64,000 nucleotides of DNA from Tortispora ganteri (taxonomy: Eukaryota): assembly GCA_003707115.1 (NCBI GenBank), contig PPNB01000031.1:1-64000 (forward strand), written 5' to 3'. The notes beneath the pieces were generated by a model. That model made no database searches. It was given only the letters and a program-made list of their open reading frames with translations, and was not told where the DNA came from. Shown here piece after piece: positions 41,657 through 51,049 of the stretch. Each line of letters starts with the position of its first letter. Position 1 is the first letter of the stretch. Position numbers and translations under genes: made by a program.

Positions 41657-42947
41657 TGAATAAATTAGTGAACAGGTATTTTAATAGAATGCAATTAATA
41701 TAAACCTGCTTCAAAGTAGTTAGATCTTCAGTGTCACCCCAATTTAATGGTGTCTTTATATAGCTCAACAATCCGGGGCATGTAGTTCTAAAACTCAAAA
41801 ATCCGGACAACTGGGGAAACAAAACTCTATTGCGTCTTCTTCAGCCAATTGTGTTTTTGCTATACCTGAACGTTATTCCTCTTAGTCTTTGCTCTTTAAC
41901 CTGCCGATAGGTCAATCCCCTGATTATAACTCTATGAGATTCATCATCAGACCATTCTCACAACATTTGGTTGATCGGCATTGATTTGCAATTAACAACT
42001 TCAATCTCACACTTTTAGATCAAGTCACGATTATCTTATTATTGCGAAATTACCACAATACCCATTAAGTTGTCCTTGCTATTCACGTATCAGTACTTCA
42101 ATTACGATCGAATAAATTTAACTCTTCTGTTGACTCAACTCAAATGGATACGGTCCCCATAACCCTCATATATGTTTGTAATTGGACATTCGGCTTTACT
42201 ATAACCCGGATATTGCGCCATTAGCGCTGTCAGTAACCGTGTATACTATTAAGATTCTACCAAAAACGTCCACTAACATTCTATCGTATTAGTTGTACAT
42301 CTCAACTGCAGTATTCGATCTTCATTTGCATTCTTTCTGCAAAACTGCGAGTTTCAAATACACCAGAAATACCCCAGCTAACAATCGATCTGTAAACCTT
42401 AAATGGACCAGCTGCTTCCGGCGTCCACAAAGGGTAATAGCATTGTACTGTATGATTTACGCTAGCTTTAATCAAATTCGTTGACCGTGTTGTTTTCCGT
42501 TATCATAGAAATGCCTTAACTACATTGGCTGCCGGTCGACCGCCTCGTTTCGCCTCAGTTCGCCCAGCTTGACTCCTAATATCTCTCTTTAGGCTTTCTC
42601 CCCTGAAACCATCTAACGGACAAATGGAGCATATATGCTTCGCACCGAAATGGGCCCGATCACTCTTTTGGTCGATCTAATAATAGTATCCCTTCTCGCT
42701 ATGTTCTCGTCTTATGGTTTTGGTTCGAACAGATAATGCTTGTATTAGTAAGACCTTGTCTCTCGCTGTTTCTAGAACTCACCCCTGGTACATTGGGCAA
42801 GAGGACCCCTTAGCAGCCATGTAAATTAGTCTGGGTTAGGGCCAATAAATACTAAAACACTCTCATTCACGTATCACCATTTAACCACATCGACAGCCCC
42901 AAAAACAACAAAAAAAATTGTCTTCAAGCCGGCGCCTGACGCTTTTG

Positions 42948-43943
42948 ATGGAATCTGGTAAATATGAATCAGGTCCAAGCATGAGCCGGCCACGTATACA
43001 GCTCTGCGCAAAGCTTGTAATCGCACTGCTGCTATTCGTATGTGGATTGTTGTTTCTTTCACGTACTTTTCGCGTGGTCGCTTTTGACGCACCACAAGTT
43101 ATAATTGTAACCGCTCTTGACACCGAACGCTACACTAGCGATCATCTCTCTAAAGTTGTACAGAATAGAAAAAATTATGCCGAGCACCACGGATATGGAC
43201 TCTATATCAGATACATAACAGACTTCAAAAACACTCTCGACTCATCGCCCGCGACTTGGGCTAAGGTACCTGTGATGCGCGCAGCAATAGCACAGTACCC
43301 AGATGCCAGGTATTTTTGGTACCTTGATGAAGATGCGCTAATTATGGACGAACAAAAGGATATTTATGACCATATCCTCAAACCTCAAGCGCTTGAGAAT
43401 GTCATACGTCGTAATGCCCCGTTGGTGCCTGTAGAGTACGGTATTAATACACATCAATTCACTTCTGTTGATACTGTCAGGCTCATTATTACTCAATCGG
43501 TAACGGGGATCCTTACATCCTCTTTCGTGGTCGTTAATGATGACTTTGCCCCCTACTTCCTCGACATATGGTTTGACCGTCTTTATAGATCGCACGCTGA
43601 TTTCGCCAATAGCGAATCTCGAGCTCTTTCACACATCCTCCTTTGGCATCGTACAGTGCTTGAACGTACAGCACTAGTATCAACCAAAGCACTAGCCTCG
43701 CTTTCGCAAAGTTTTGCCCCATACGACTTGTACACGGATGGCGACTTCGTTCTCTCTCTCGAAGGCTGCCGGGACCGCCACTCGTGTGAAGATGAGTTCG
43801 ACAAGTACTGGAAAATGCTAGAAGAGTCCAGTAAATCCTCTTCAGTCCAGGAAGGTATGAAGGAGCAGGCCTTACTGCCTGATGATATATTGAGTCCCTC
43901 AGCAGAAGAAACTGACAACCTCGACAATCTAGAACCCGAGTAG
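42948..43943 (+). CDS. MNN11: GT34 alpha-1,6-mannosyltransferase subunit (Mnn11-like)
   Basis: Type II TM anchor; NRKNYAEHHGY, WAKVP..RAA..YP, WYLDEDALIM, ALSHILLWH. Confidence 0.8.
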   Translation: MESGKYESGPSMSRPRIQLCAKLVIALLLFVCGLLFLSRTFRVVAFDAPQVIIVTALDTERYTSDHLSKVVQNRKNYAEHHGYGLYIRYITDFKNTLDSSPATWAKVPVMRAAIAQYPDARYFWYLDEDALIMDEQKDIYDHILKPQALENVIRRNAPLVPVEYGINTHQFTSVDTVRLIITQSVTGILTSSFVVVNDDFAPYFLDIWFDRLYRSHADFANSESRALSHILLWHRTVLERTALVSTKALASLSQSFAPYDLYTDGDFVLSLEGCRDRHSCEDEFDKYWKMLEESSKSSSVQEGMKEQALLPDDILSPSAEETDNLDNLEPE

Positions 43944-44003
43944 TCTGTGCATTCTTAATACGCATAGCTCATTAATGAATGGTTATTATCTTTTACACAT
44001 TAG

Positions 44004-44930
44004 CTAACTTCTTCTATCTTCGTTTAGGGCGTTAATAGCCAAGTTCCGTCGATACTCTGAAACTCGGTCAGGCACTGCTGATGCGCGCACAGGCTGCCGT
44101 TTGAATAGCGCTTTGATGAATCCCATGGGTCCCGCATCTGTAGCCGCAGTCAAAGTCCATATCGGCAGAGTTTTGTCAGAACTTGAAGAGACAGAAGGAA
44201 CTACTTTAAGTCTTTTGCCGAGAAGGTACGCATTTCGAGACATAAAGTCCACTAGCGGGCCCATGAACCGCGGGAATAGTTCAGACAGTGCAAACGCATC
44301 TGACTGATCACCTAATGTATAGCCAGCTTCTGAGTCTCCAGCCTTTACGTACACCCTCAAATATATGTAACTCACAAAGAATCCTGCGATAGAAAGTAAT
44401 GCAACTGGTATGAAATAAGAAAATAGTATACTCAGACCGGTGTTCGTGATCATAAACCAGAACGGCGCTTTCCGCGTTTTTAGCTTTAATTCAACACCAA
44501 TCTTTCGTAGAACAGGAAATAGAACCGTGGAATGTTCTGGTATAGTTTGCGCCAGTGCGACTAGAAATCCTGTATAGAGTGCCGAACCACCGTTGACGCG
44601 GAGATCTAAATGGAAAGGAGTGATGAAGATCGACAGTACCCATGCTACACAATTGCTAAAAATTGACACTATAGCCACAAATTTCCACACCATTGTCCGC
44701 GTCCAAATAATACTGAAGTAATTTACAGCGTATCCTAGCGCCACACATCCAGGAACTAGGAGCAGACCGCGCTCCACCCATGTGCTGCTGATGAGCACCC
44801 AGGGATACAGAATTGAAGAACCTGGCACAATCACCATGTATTCTGGATAGCTTTTAAGCCACCCTAAAAGTGATGAAAACACCATCAGCGTCGGCGCCAG
44901 CCATATAGTCTGTGTCATTGCTGAATCCAT
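44004..44930 (-). CDS. DUF1751/TMEM115-like (YOL107W-like) membrane protein
   Basis: YPW..ISS.WVE, GFLVALAQTIPEH, SYIYLR, GDQSDAFALSELFP, RRNLAINAL. Confidence 0.85.
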   Translation of the reverse strand: MDSAMTQTIWLAPTLMVFSSLLGWLKSYPEYMVIVPGSSILYPWVLISSTWVERGLLLVPGCVALGYAVNYFSIIWTRTMVWKFVAIVSIFSNCVAWVLSIFITPFHLDLRVNGGSALYTGFLVALAQTIPEHSTVLFPVLRKIGVELKLKTRKAPFWFMITNTGLSILFSYFIPVALLSIAGFFVSYIYLRVYVKAGDSEAGYTLGDQSDAFALSELFPRFMGPLVDFMSRNAYLLGKRLKVVPSVSSSSDKTLPIWTLTAATDAGPMGFIKALFKRQPVRASAVPDRVSEYRRNLAINALNEDRRS

Positions 44931-45090
44931 GGCGCCATCGAACACTCAGAGAGTCGCTGCTGTGTTAATTTAATGCTAAAAGCTTAGTTACCCGGCCTTT
45001 ATTACATTTCTCAACCACACAATAACTAACTGGCCTCTTACCAGATTGCGTCTAGTTCAAAATTCATTACTGAGCGTCGCATTTCGCGTA

Positions 45091-46584
45091 ATGTCACTGT
45101 CTTCAGATGAATTGAACTACCTTATATGGAGGTATTTGTGCGAGGCAGGTTATGATCGCTCATTACAATCGTTTCAGGACGATAGTGGTGCACACCTTTT
45201 CGACGCAGTTTTCGGTGCACATGTATCACCATACGAGCTGCCTGCTTTGGTTCAGCGCGGCCTCCAGTATAAGATGCTTGAATGCAAGGCTAAGGGCGTC
45301 CCATTTCCAGATCTGAGCACCTTCAATGCCAAACCAAGTGAACTGACCAAGGCAAACGCCGCTAAATATATGATGGATCAGTCTATGAACAAATTCGCCC
45401 ACGGCTCGCGAGATCCGGTTGTTTCGGGGTCTTTCCCAGCAGACATCCCTGAGCCGCCAGAATACATTGTTCCGGAGTCAGATTCTCTACCAGACAATTT
45501 GGTACCAACATGGACTTCACCTGTTGGGCCAGGAAAGTTTGTTGATATCCAGTGGCATCCGTATCTTCTACAGCTAGCCCTAGCTAGCACGCAGTCATTC
45601 GTCGAATGCTCAGACATTTTTGCGCGATCTAAAGCTGAAGATCTGCTCAAACAAGTTAGTCTTTTTTCTGCAGGAAAAAAACCAAATAATGAAGTGACAG
45701 CAGTCGCTTGGCACCCCATGGGCACGCAACTAGCAATGTCTACAGCAGACGGACTGGTGTGGGTATGGAACGCCAATACACAATCCCTAGAACAGGTATA
45801 TAACCAGCATTCATCGTCAGTACTGGTGCTTAAATTTTCTCCGTCAGGAACTTATTTGCTTTCGGTGGACTGCACACACTCAATCTTAATTGTGGACTGC
45901 GATACGGGCCTCATCCGCCAGGCTTACCAAGGTCCGATGCAGGAAGTTCTTTCACCAGACACAGAGTGGATAGATTCGTTGCTGTTTGTTTCTTCAGGAA
46001 CACAGAACACCGTGTGTCTGTTTAAGATATCAGAAAAGAAACCATTGAGGATTCTTAAAGGACATTCTGCACCTGTCACTGTTGTGAAGTACGATTTAAC
46101 AACTGAAACTATCGCTTCCGGGAGCAAAGACTGTACTGTGAGACTGTGGAAGTCTACATCTACAGATGCTGCGTTTGTTCTGGAAGGTCATAAGGCCCCG
46201 ATTAAAGCGCTGCAATTTTCCAAACAGGACCCGAAAACACTTGCATCTGCTGGTTCTGACGGTGCTATACGTCTTTGGAACACAGAAACGGGACAGCAAA
46301 CGGCGGCCTTAGATCTACACGAATCTGCTGTGCTCTCGCTGGAGTTTCGACCGGCTGGATATTCTTATCTAGCTAGCGGCGGGGTAGACGGCGTTCTGCT
46401 TTTATGGGACCTCCGTAAGTTCCAGCCCGTAGCGCGTTGCGATTTATCGAGCCTAAACATGCAAGCAACTGAACCACAGTGCATAGTGCAATCGCAGTGG
46501 TCCAAAGACGGGACACGGATTGTTGTAATGAGCCTCGACCGGGCTTATCTGCTCAGAATTCCTTTACAACCAATGACCTTGTAG
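45091..46584 (+). CDS. SIF2: LisH-WD40 protein Sif2/TBL1
   Basis: MSLSSDELNYLIWRYL LisH motif, LVQRGLQY, WD40 repeats. Confidence 0.88.
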   Translation: MSLSSDELNYLIWRYLCEAGYDRSLQSFQDDSGAHLFDAVFGAHVSPYELPALVQRGLQYKMLECKAKGVPFPDLSTFNAKPSELTKANAAKYMMDQSMNKFAHGSRDPVVSGSFPADIPEPPEYIVPESDSLPDNLVPTWTSPVGPGKFVDIQWHPYLLQLALASTQSFVECSDIFARSKAEDLLKQVSLFSAGKKPNNEVTAVAWHPMGTQLAMSTADGLVWVWNANTQSLEQVYNQHSSSVLVLKFSPSGTYLLSVDCTHSILIVDCDTGLIRQAYQGPMQEVLSPDTEWIDSLLFVSSGTQNTVCLFKISEKKPLRILKGHSAPVTVVKYDLTTETIASGSKDCTVRLWKSTSTDAAFVLEGHKAPIKALQFSKQDPKTLASAGSDGAIRLWNTETGQQTAALDLHESAVLSLEFRPAGYSYLASGGVDGVLLLWDLRKFQPVARCDLSSLNMQATEPQCIVQSQWSKDGTRIVVMSLDRAYLLRIPLQPMTL

Positions 46585-46638
46585 ATTACTTATGAAACGG
46601 AAAATCAGATAGCGGGCAACAGTGGCAGCATTATCAAC

Positions 46639-47697
46639 TCAAGGATCGTTGGGGGTGCCAAAAGTAGCGTTAAACCGTAGCAGTTCGTTGAGACCAGATA
46701 TCCAGTCCCGTTCACTGTGCTCGAAACACCAAACATCAGTAGTATTCGAGCCGGCTGCCTGCACTTCCATGGACTCGCCGCGTTTTAGGAGACCTAGTAG
46801 TTGACCGTCAACTGAACACTCTGCGCCTTCACCGCGGCTCTCCTCGGAAACAGTCAGCCGTATACGATCGGTGCATGGGAATATGAGGGGCCTAAAAGAC
46901 AGCGATCGCGGGCATATTGGAGTCAAAAGTATGCAGGGGACCCGTGGGTGGACGATGGAGCCACCAGAGGATAGAGAGTATGCTGTTGAGCCGGTCGGAG
47001 TTGAGACAAGGATGCCGTCTGCGACAGCTTCAGTGACAAAAGCGTCATTGACGTAGATATTCAGACGCAAAAGATGTGGAGCACGTCCGCGATGCAAATG
47101 TATTTCGTTCATTGCACGCTGGACGGTATCACTGTTTGAACGTTTGCAGCTTAAACGCATTCTATTGAGGAGCGGCGCTGACCCATTGAACGCGTGCTCA
47201 AAGGCGTTAGCGTGTTCTGTGACATTGAACGGCAACAGAAACCCAAGTGTTCCCATCGAAAAGGATAAAATAGGAGGAACTTCGTCAATTTGCGAGAACA
47301 GCGAAACTGCATGCAGAATAGTGCCATCGCCGCCGAATGTTACTAACATATCGGCTTTGTTTACAAGGTCTTTGCGCGATCCACTATAAGTATCTAAATC
47401 TGACGCAGTCTGATCTAGTTCCTCTTGAACATCGGATTCAACAAGCATATTAACATCTGGATAAGTTTGTTTGACGTATCGCATGACATCTATTGTAGCG
47501 TTCCTCACTGTGGGCAGAAAAGGTTTCTTCATGAACAGTACGTTCCTTGGCCGCATGAATCCCCAATCAAGACTGTACATTTTCGTATCGGGATTCTGTG
47601 AGTAAATTGGTTTAATTTTTTCGGGTAATTCGCGTACATCATGGTGTTTGAACCGTTTATTTACAATCTGCTGCACTCGGGCCAGTCGTCGAATCAT
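46639..47697 (-). CDS. POS5: Mitochondrial NADH kinase
   Basis: Basic presequence; GGDGTIL, FSMGTLGFLLPF, NE motif, TPTGSTAYSLS, PRSLSFRPL. Confidence 0.92.
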   Translation of the reverse strand: MIRRLARVQQIVNKRFKHHDVRELPEKIKPIYSQNPDTKMYSLDWGFMRPRNVLFMKKPFLPTVRNATIDVMRYVKQTYPDVNMLVESDVQEELDQTASDLDTYSGSRKDLVNKADMLVTFGGDGTILHAVSLFSQIDEVPPILSFSMGTLGFLLPFNVTEHANAFEHAFNGSAPLLNRMRLSCKRSNSDTVQRAMNEIHLHRGRAPHLLRLNIYVNDAFVTEAVADGILVSTPTGSTAYSLSSGGSIVHPRVPCILLTPICPRSLSFRPLIFPCTDRIRLTVSEESRGEGAECSVDGQLLGLLKRGESMEVQAAGSNTTDVWCFEHSERDWISGLNELLRFNATFGTPNDP

Positions 47698-47759
47698 GAG
47701 CTACGTTGGTTAAGTCAAAATAGAGTTATTTTTGGGCGGCGATCGTTGCAACGGCTCAT

Positions 47760-47791
47760 CTGACTAACTGACTAACTGGCTAACTGGCTAA
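47760..47791. repeat. 8-bp tandem repeat CTGRCTAA x4 in the POS5 upstream region
   Basis: CTGACTAA CTGACTAA CTGGCTAA CTGGCTAA. Confidence 0.85.
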
Positions 47792-48529
47792 TTTCCTGAC
47801 TGCCTGTAGTCTGCAGCTAAGTAGTGTAATGTCATTTAAACAACCTTTTTTTTCAAATATACTAGTGTTTAATAGCGATGGACAGTTTGAACACTTACAA
47901 GTGCAGACTGGTAATCGAACCGCCACAATGTCGACTTATCGTTAAGATATTGCCACAGGAGCGCCACAGTAATGGTATATTACCCTAAAAGTAAACTACT
48001 CACCGAAAATTCTCTTAACACGAATTTCAATCGCCATTACAGCTCTTGCGCTATCTACGGCACACCGGCATCCCACTTGGTTATCCGATCGCTGTAATGG
48101 TGAACCCGAGTCTTTATCGTTCTTACCCGGCCTGAATGACCCACCATATTACCCTATTGGGTACCCCGTCTCGCCGAGATATGTCATTAATCTCCCACCT
48201 TGTTCCGCCCCCTTCCCATATCGCATTCTGCACATACACTTGTCATCTTATCTCTTACTACAGCACTGGTTCTGCACCTTATTTGTGCATATTTGTGCAA
48301 TACTACGTGTTTAAAAGCATATAAATTTTGCCTATATCTTGTAAACTCTTATCGCAGCCCGCCTGTCTGGTCAAAATACTGACCGCCTTGCTCTCTTTGT
48401 TACTCGTCCACGTCTACCTAATTGGGTCGCTTATTGCCGCAACCTATATAAATACACTAAATCATCTCTCAATATTGGCAACAGACAACTAAACCTATCG
48501 TGCTTATAAGAATATTTTACTAATTTCTC

Positions 48530-49885
48530 ATGGCTTTTGCACAGCAGCAGCAGGATCACAGAGGTGTACAATACAGAGACTCTCATAGTGATCTCGCTAG
48601 AGAACTCACACAAGTCTCCACTTCATCCACTTCTAGAAATAGGACCCCTTCGCGCTCGCACAGCTCTCATAGTCCGCTGAACGATGAATGGGTAGTCTTT
48701 TCTGCTTCGTCTTTCACTTTATCAGAGTCTTCTCAAAGTCGTCCTGAGTCATACGACGATGACTATGATTTAGATTCTGATATTCAAAACTTGCTCTCTT
48801 TCCCTTCGCATAATGGGCAGGGATCGTTTTTTGTCGCAGCAGCTCTGTCGGAAATGTCGCCTCAATCTAACTCGACAAACAGCACCCACAGAAACTCACT
48901 AGCATCTTCCACTCTCACCGACCGCGTCAATGCATGGAGACTCGAACAGTCTCAGCATTTACTGCACGAACTTGGCGCATTATCCGATGCTCACAAATCT
49001 TCTTCAGCAATTCACAGCCGCGCTGGTGTCGGTGTTGATAATTGGGGACTACCAAATGATTCTGAGTTCGCGTGGTCTGATGATTTGAATGGTCCTACAC
49101 GCTCCACCGACACATCATCGTATTCGCAATTACACATGATCAGCCATTTAACCATGCGTCTCGTGCAGGTCATGGGAATTGGTCTATTTGGAAAAACACA
49201 CTCCCATTCTACTGACCAGAGAAACTTGGCTAAATGGGAACAAGCCATTATGCGCCGTGTCGGCCACAACTTCAACATTCAAATGCCCTCTGCTTCCGAA
49301 CTAGGAATCGTCGAAGAAGAAACTCTGGAAACTCTTACTCGCCCCACACCTGCCGGATCTGTTACAGACGGAAATGACTCAGATCACAGACACAACGGGT
49401 CGTTTGACTATGGACATCACAACCTTACTAATCCACACGAAGACGTCGCTGGCGATAGCAGCTGGACGGCAGCATCATTATCGAGAAGCAGTGGGAACGG
49501 CCTATCGTCACCTACGTTCAAACCTACGGTAAACGCGCTGAAAAACGAGGCAGCGGATTCTGGAGTGCCTGATATTAGTGCTGATTCGTTGGAATTTTCT
49601 ACAGTATGGCAATATGTTCGGAACAGGATCCTTGGGTGGTCTAACAATAGTGGTTCATCTCTAGAATGTGAGCGAAATCCTAATGCTTACACAGACCGGC
49701 GCTATGAGCCTTCTATTATGCATCCGCTGGCAAACTCTCCGTCTTCTAGAACAAGGAGACGATACCGTTCTAGACTTAGAAGTGTGAGCCGACGAAGTCC
49801 TGCATCACGATACTGGGACGTAAGTACCGTTTCGTCGTTATCGCATCCACGATCTTTGACCGCTATGTGGATGGAAGTGAATTGA
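48530..49885 (+). CDS. Ser-rich uncharacterised protein
   Basis: 451-aa ATG ORF with TATA-like element upstream; ordered islands DEWVVFS, FPSHNGQGSF, RVNAWRLEQS in disordered sequence. Confidence 0.75.
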   Translation: MAFAQQQQDHRGVQYRDSHSDLARELTQVSTSSTSRNRTPSRSHSSHSPLNDEWVVFSASSFTLSESSQSRPESYDDDYDLDSDIQNLLSFPSHNGQGSFFVAAALSEMSPQSNSTNSTHRNSLASSTLTDRVNAWRLEQSQHLLHELGALSDAHKSSSAIHSRAGVGVDNWGLPNDSEFAWSDDLNGPTRSTDTSSYSQLHMISHLTMRLVQVMGIGLFGKTHSHSTDQRNLAKWEQAIMRRVGHNFNIQMPSASELGIVEEETLETLTRPTPAGSVTDGNDSDHRHNGSFDYGHHNLTNPHEDVAGDSSWTAASLSRSSGNGLSSPTFKPTVNALKNEAADSGVPDISADSLEFSTVWQYVRNRILGWSNNSGSSLECERNPNAYTDRRYEPSIMHPLANSPSSRTRRRYRSRLRSVSRRSPASRYWDVSTVSSLSHPRSLTAMWMEVN

Positions 49886-50288
49886 ACATGAACAGGTTTG
49901 TTTATTTTCTCCTTCTTATTTAAGTATGCTTATATATGGGTATTGGTATCGTTTGTAAGGGTCAGTAGTGGGTCTACAGGTGCTACGTAGCTGGGGAAGA
50001 CGGTTTACCTGGTGAATGCTGCGAGAAGCACTCAGAAAGGCGGATTGGCAGCCTAGTCAGGTGTCTACATGGTGACAAATGTCGTGAAGTTCAACGTATA
50101 GTTGAAATCAAACCGTCGCCAGCGATACTACAGTATCACTAACTCGCCGGTATAAAAATATCGGCTCAATCATGTCACGCATGTTATACTACGCAAATCA
50201 TAACGACATCTGGCTTGGAAAACACAAAACGTGAAACCAAACCAAACAGTGTGCATTAAAGAAAGAGTGCTTAACAGGTAGAACCGCC

Positions 50289-50846
50289 TTATACCTTGAA
50301 AGCACGAGATTTTCTGCGACCACGCGCGCGCTCGACTTTGCGGCCCTTGTTGAGGACACGGGGAGCTTTGCGCTTGTGGGGGCCCATACCGAAGTGACGA
50401 ACAGCTTCGCGGGCGTTCTTGGGACCACGAAGAAGGACGGTGTTCTGACCAGTAGGAGAGCGTTGAGCGAGCTGATCAAGAGTCAAGACTTCTCCACCGG
50501 CAGCCTCAATGCGAGCACGGGCGCCCTTGGTGACACGGAGAGCAGCGACAGTGACCTTGGGGAACTCACCGAAAAGACGGTTGTCATCAGTAATGGTACT
50601 AACAACGACGATGGTCTTTCCTTCGTTCTTCTTGGCGGCCTGAGAGACACGGGTGATAGAAACAGGGGGTCTGTTGATCTTTGACAGGAACAGTCTGCGG
50701 AGAATAATTCTGTTGAAGTCAGAGTCCGTGCGTCTGTTCAAGAAGCGGTAAAGCTTAACAAGAAGCTTAAGGTAAACGTTCTCAGACTTAGGAGCAGTGC
50801 GGTGGCTTGAGCGTTGATGCTGCTTTTTAAGATGATCTTTGGCCAT
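50289..50846 (-). CDS. RPL18: 60S ribosomal protein eL18
   Basis: [43 protein letters not shown]; strong codon bias; intronless. Confidence 0.98.
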   Translation of the reverse strand: MAKDHLKKQHQRSSHRTAPKSENVYLKLLVKLYRFLNRRTDSDFNRIILRRLFLSKINRPPVSITRVSQAAKKNEGKTIVVVSTITDDNRLFGEFPKVTVAALRVTKGARARIEAAGGEVLTLDQLAQRSPTGQNTVLLRGPKNAREAVRHFGMGPHKRKAPRVLNKGRKVERARGRRKSRAFKV

Positions 50847-50925
50847 TTTATTTTGTGGTAGGGTATAAGACAGAAATGCGTGCGCAGTTCTGTATGCTGT
50901 GATAGTGTTTGGGAGTTCTTGTGCG

Positions 50926-50986
50926 TGTGACTGTTTTTTGTAGGGTTAGGCGTGACAATATTTTTAGGGTTATTTTCAGTCACGTG
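50926..50986 (-). promoter_or_regulatory. Ribosomal-protein promoter module: Homol-D, Tbf1-like and Cbf1 sites
   Basis: TGTGACTG 50926-50933 (CAGTCACA on minus strand), TAGGGTTAGG 50941-50950, TTAGGGTTA 50964-50972, GTCACGTG 50979-50986. Confidence 0.65.
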
Positions 50987-51049
50987 CCTCGAATATTAGC
51001 CTACATGTATTGTGTATTTGTTAAGGGGGCAGAATAGCGTGCAAGTCAT

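Noticed and set aside
41841..41948. Minus-strand TGATGA...CTGA resembling a C/D snoRNA
   Set aside because: No terminal stem and no recognisable rRNA-complementary guide
42720..42732. GGTTCGAAC tRNA T-loop-like word
   Set aside because: No cloverleaf, acceptor stem or A-box nearby
47760..48103. GCTGTAATGG words (fungal SRP RNA 5' signature) on both strands plus a B-box-like GGTTCGATT
   Set aside because: No SRP helix-8 motif or suitably placed poly-T terminator follows either copy; better explained as an inverted repeat
50005..50040. CCTGGTGAATGCTGCGAGAAG resembling the 3' half of a TPP riboswitch
   Set aside because: No upstream CTGAGA motif and no thiamine gene or intron context
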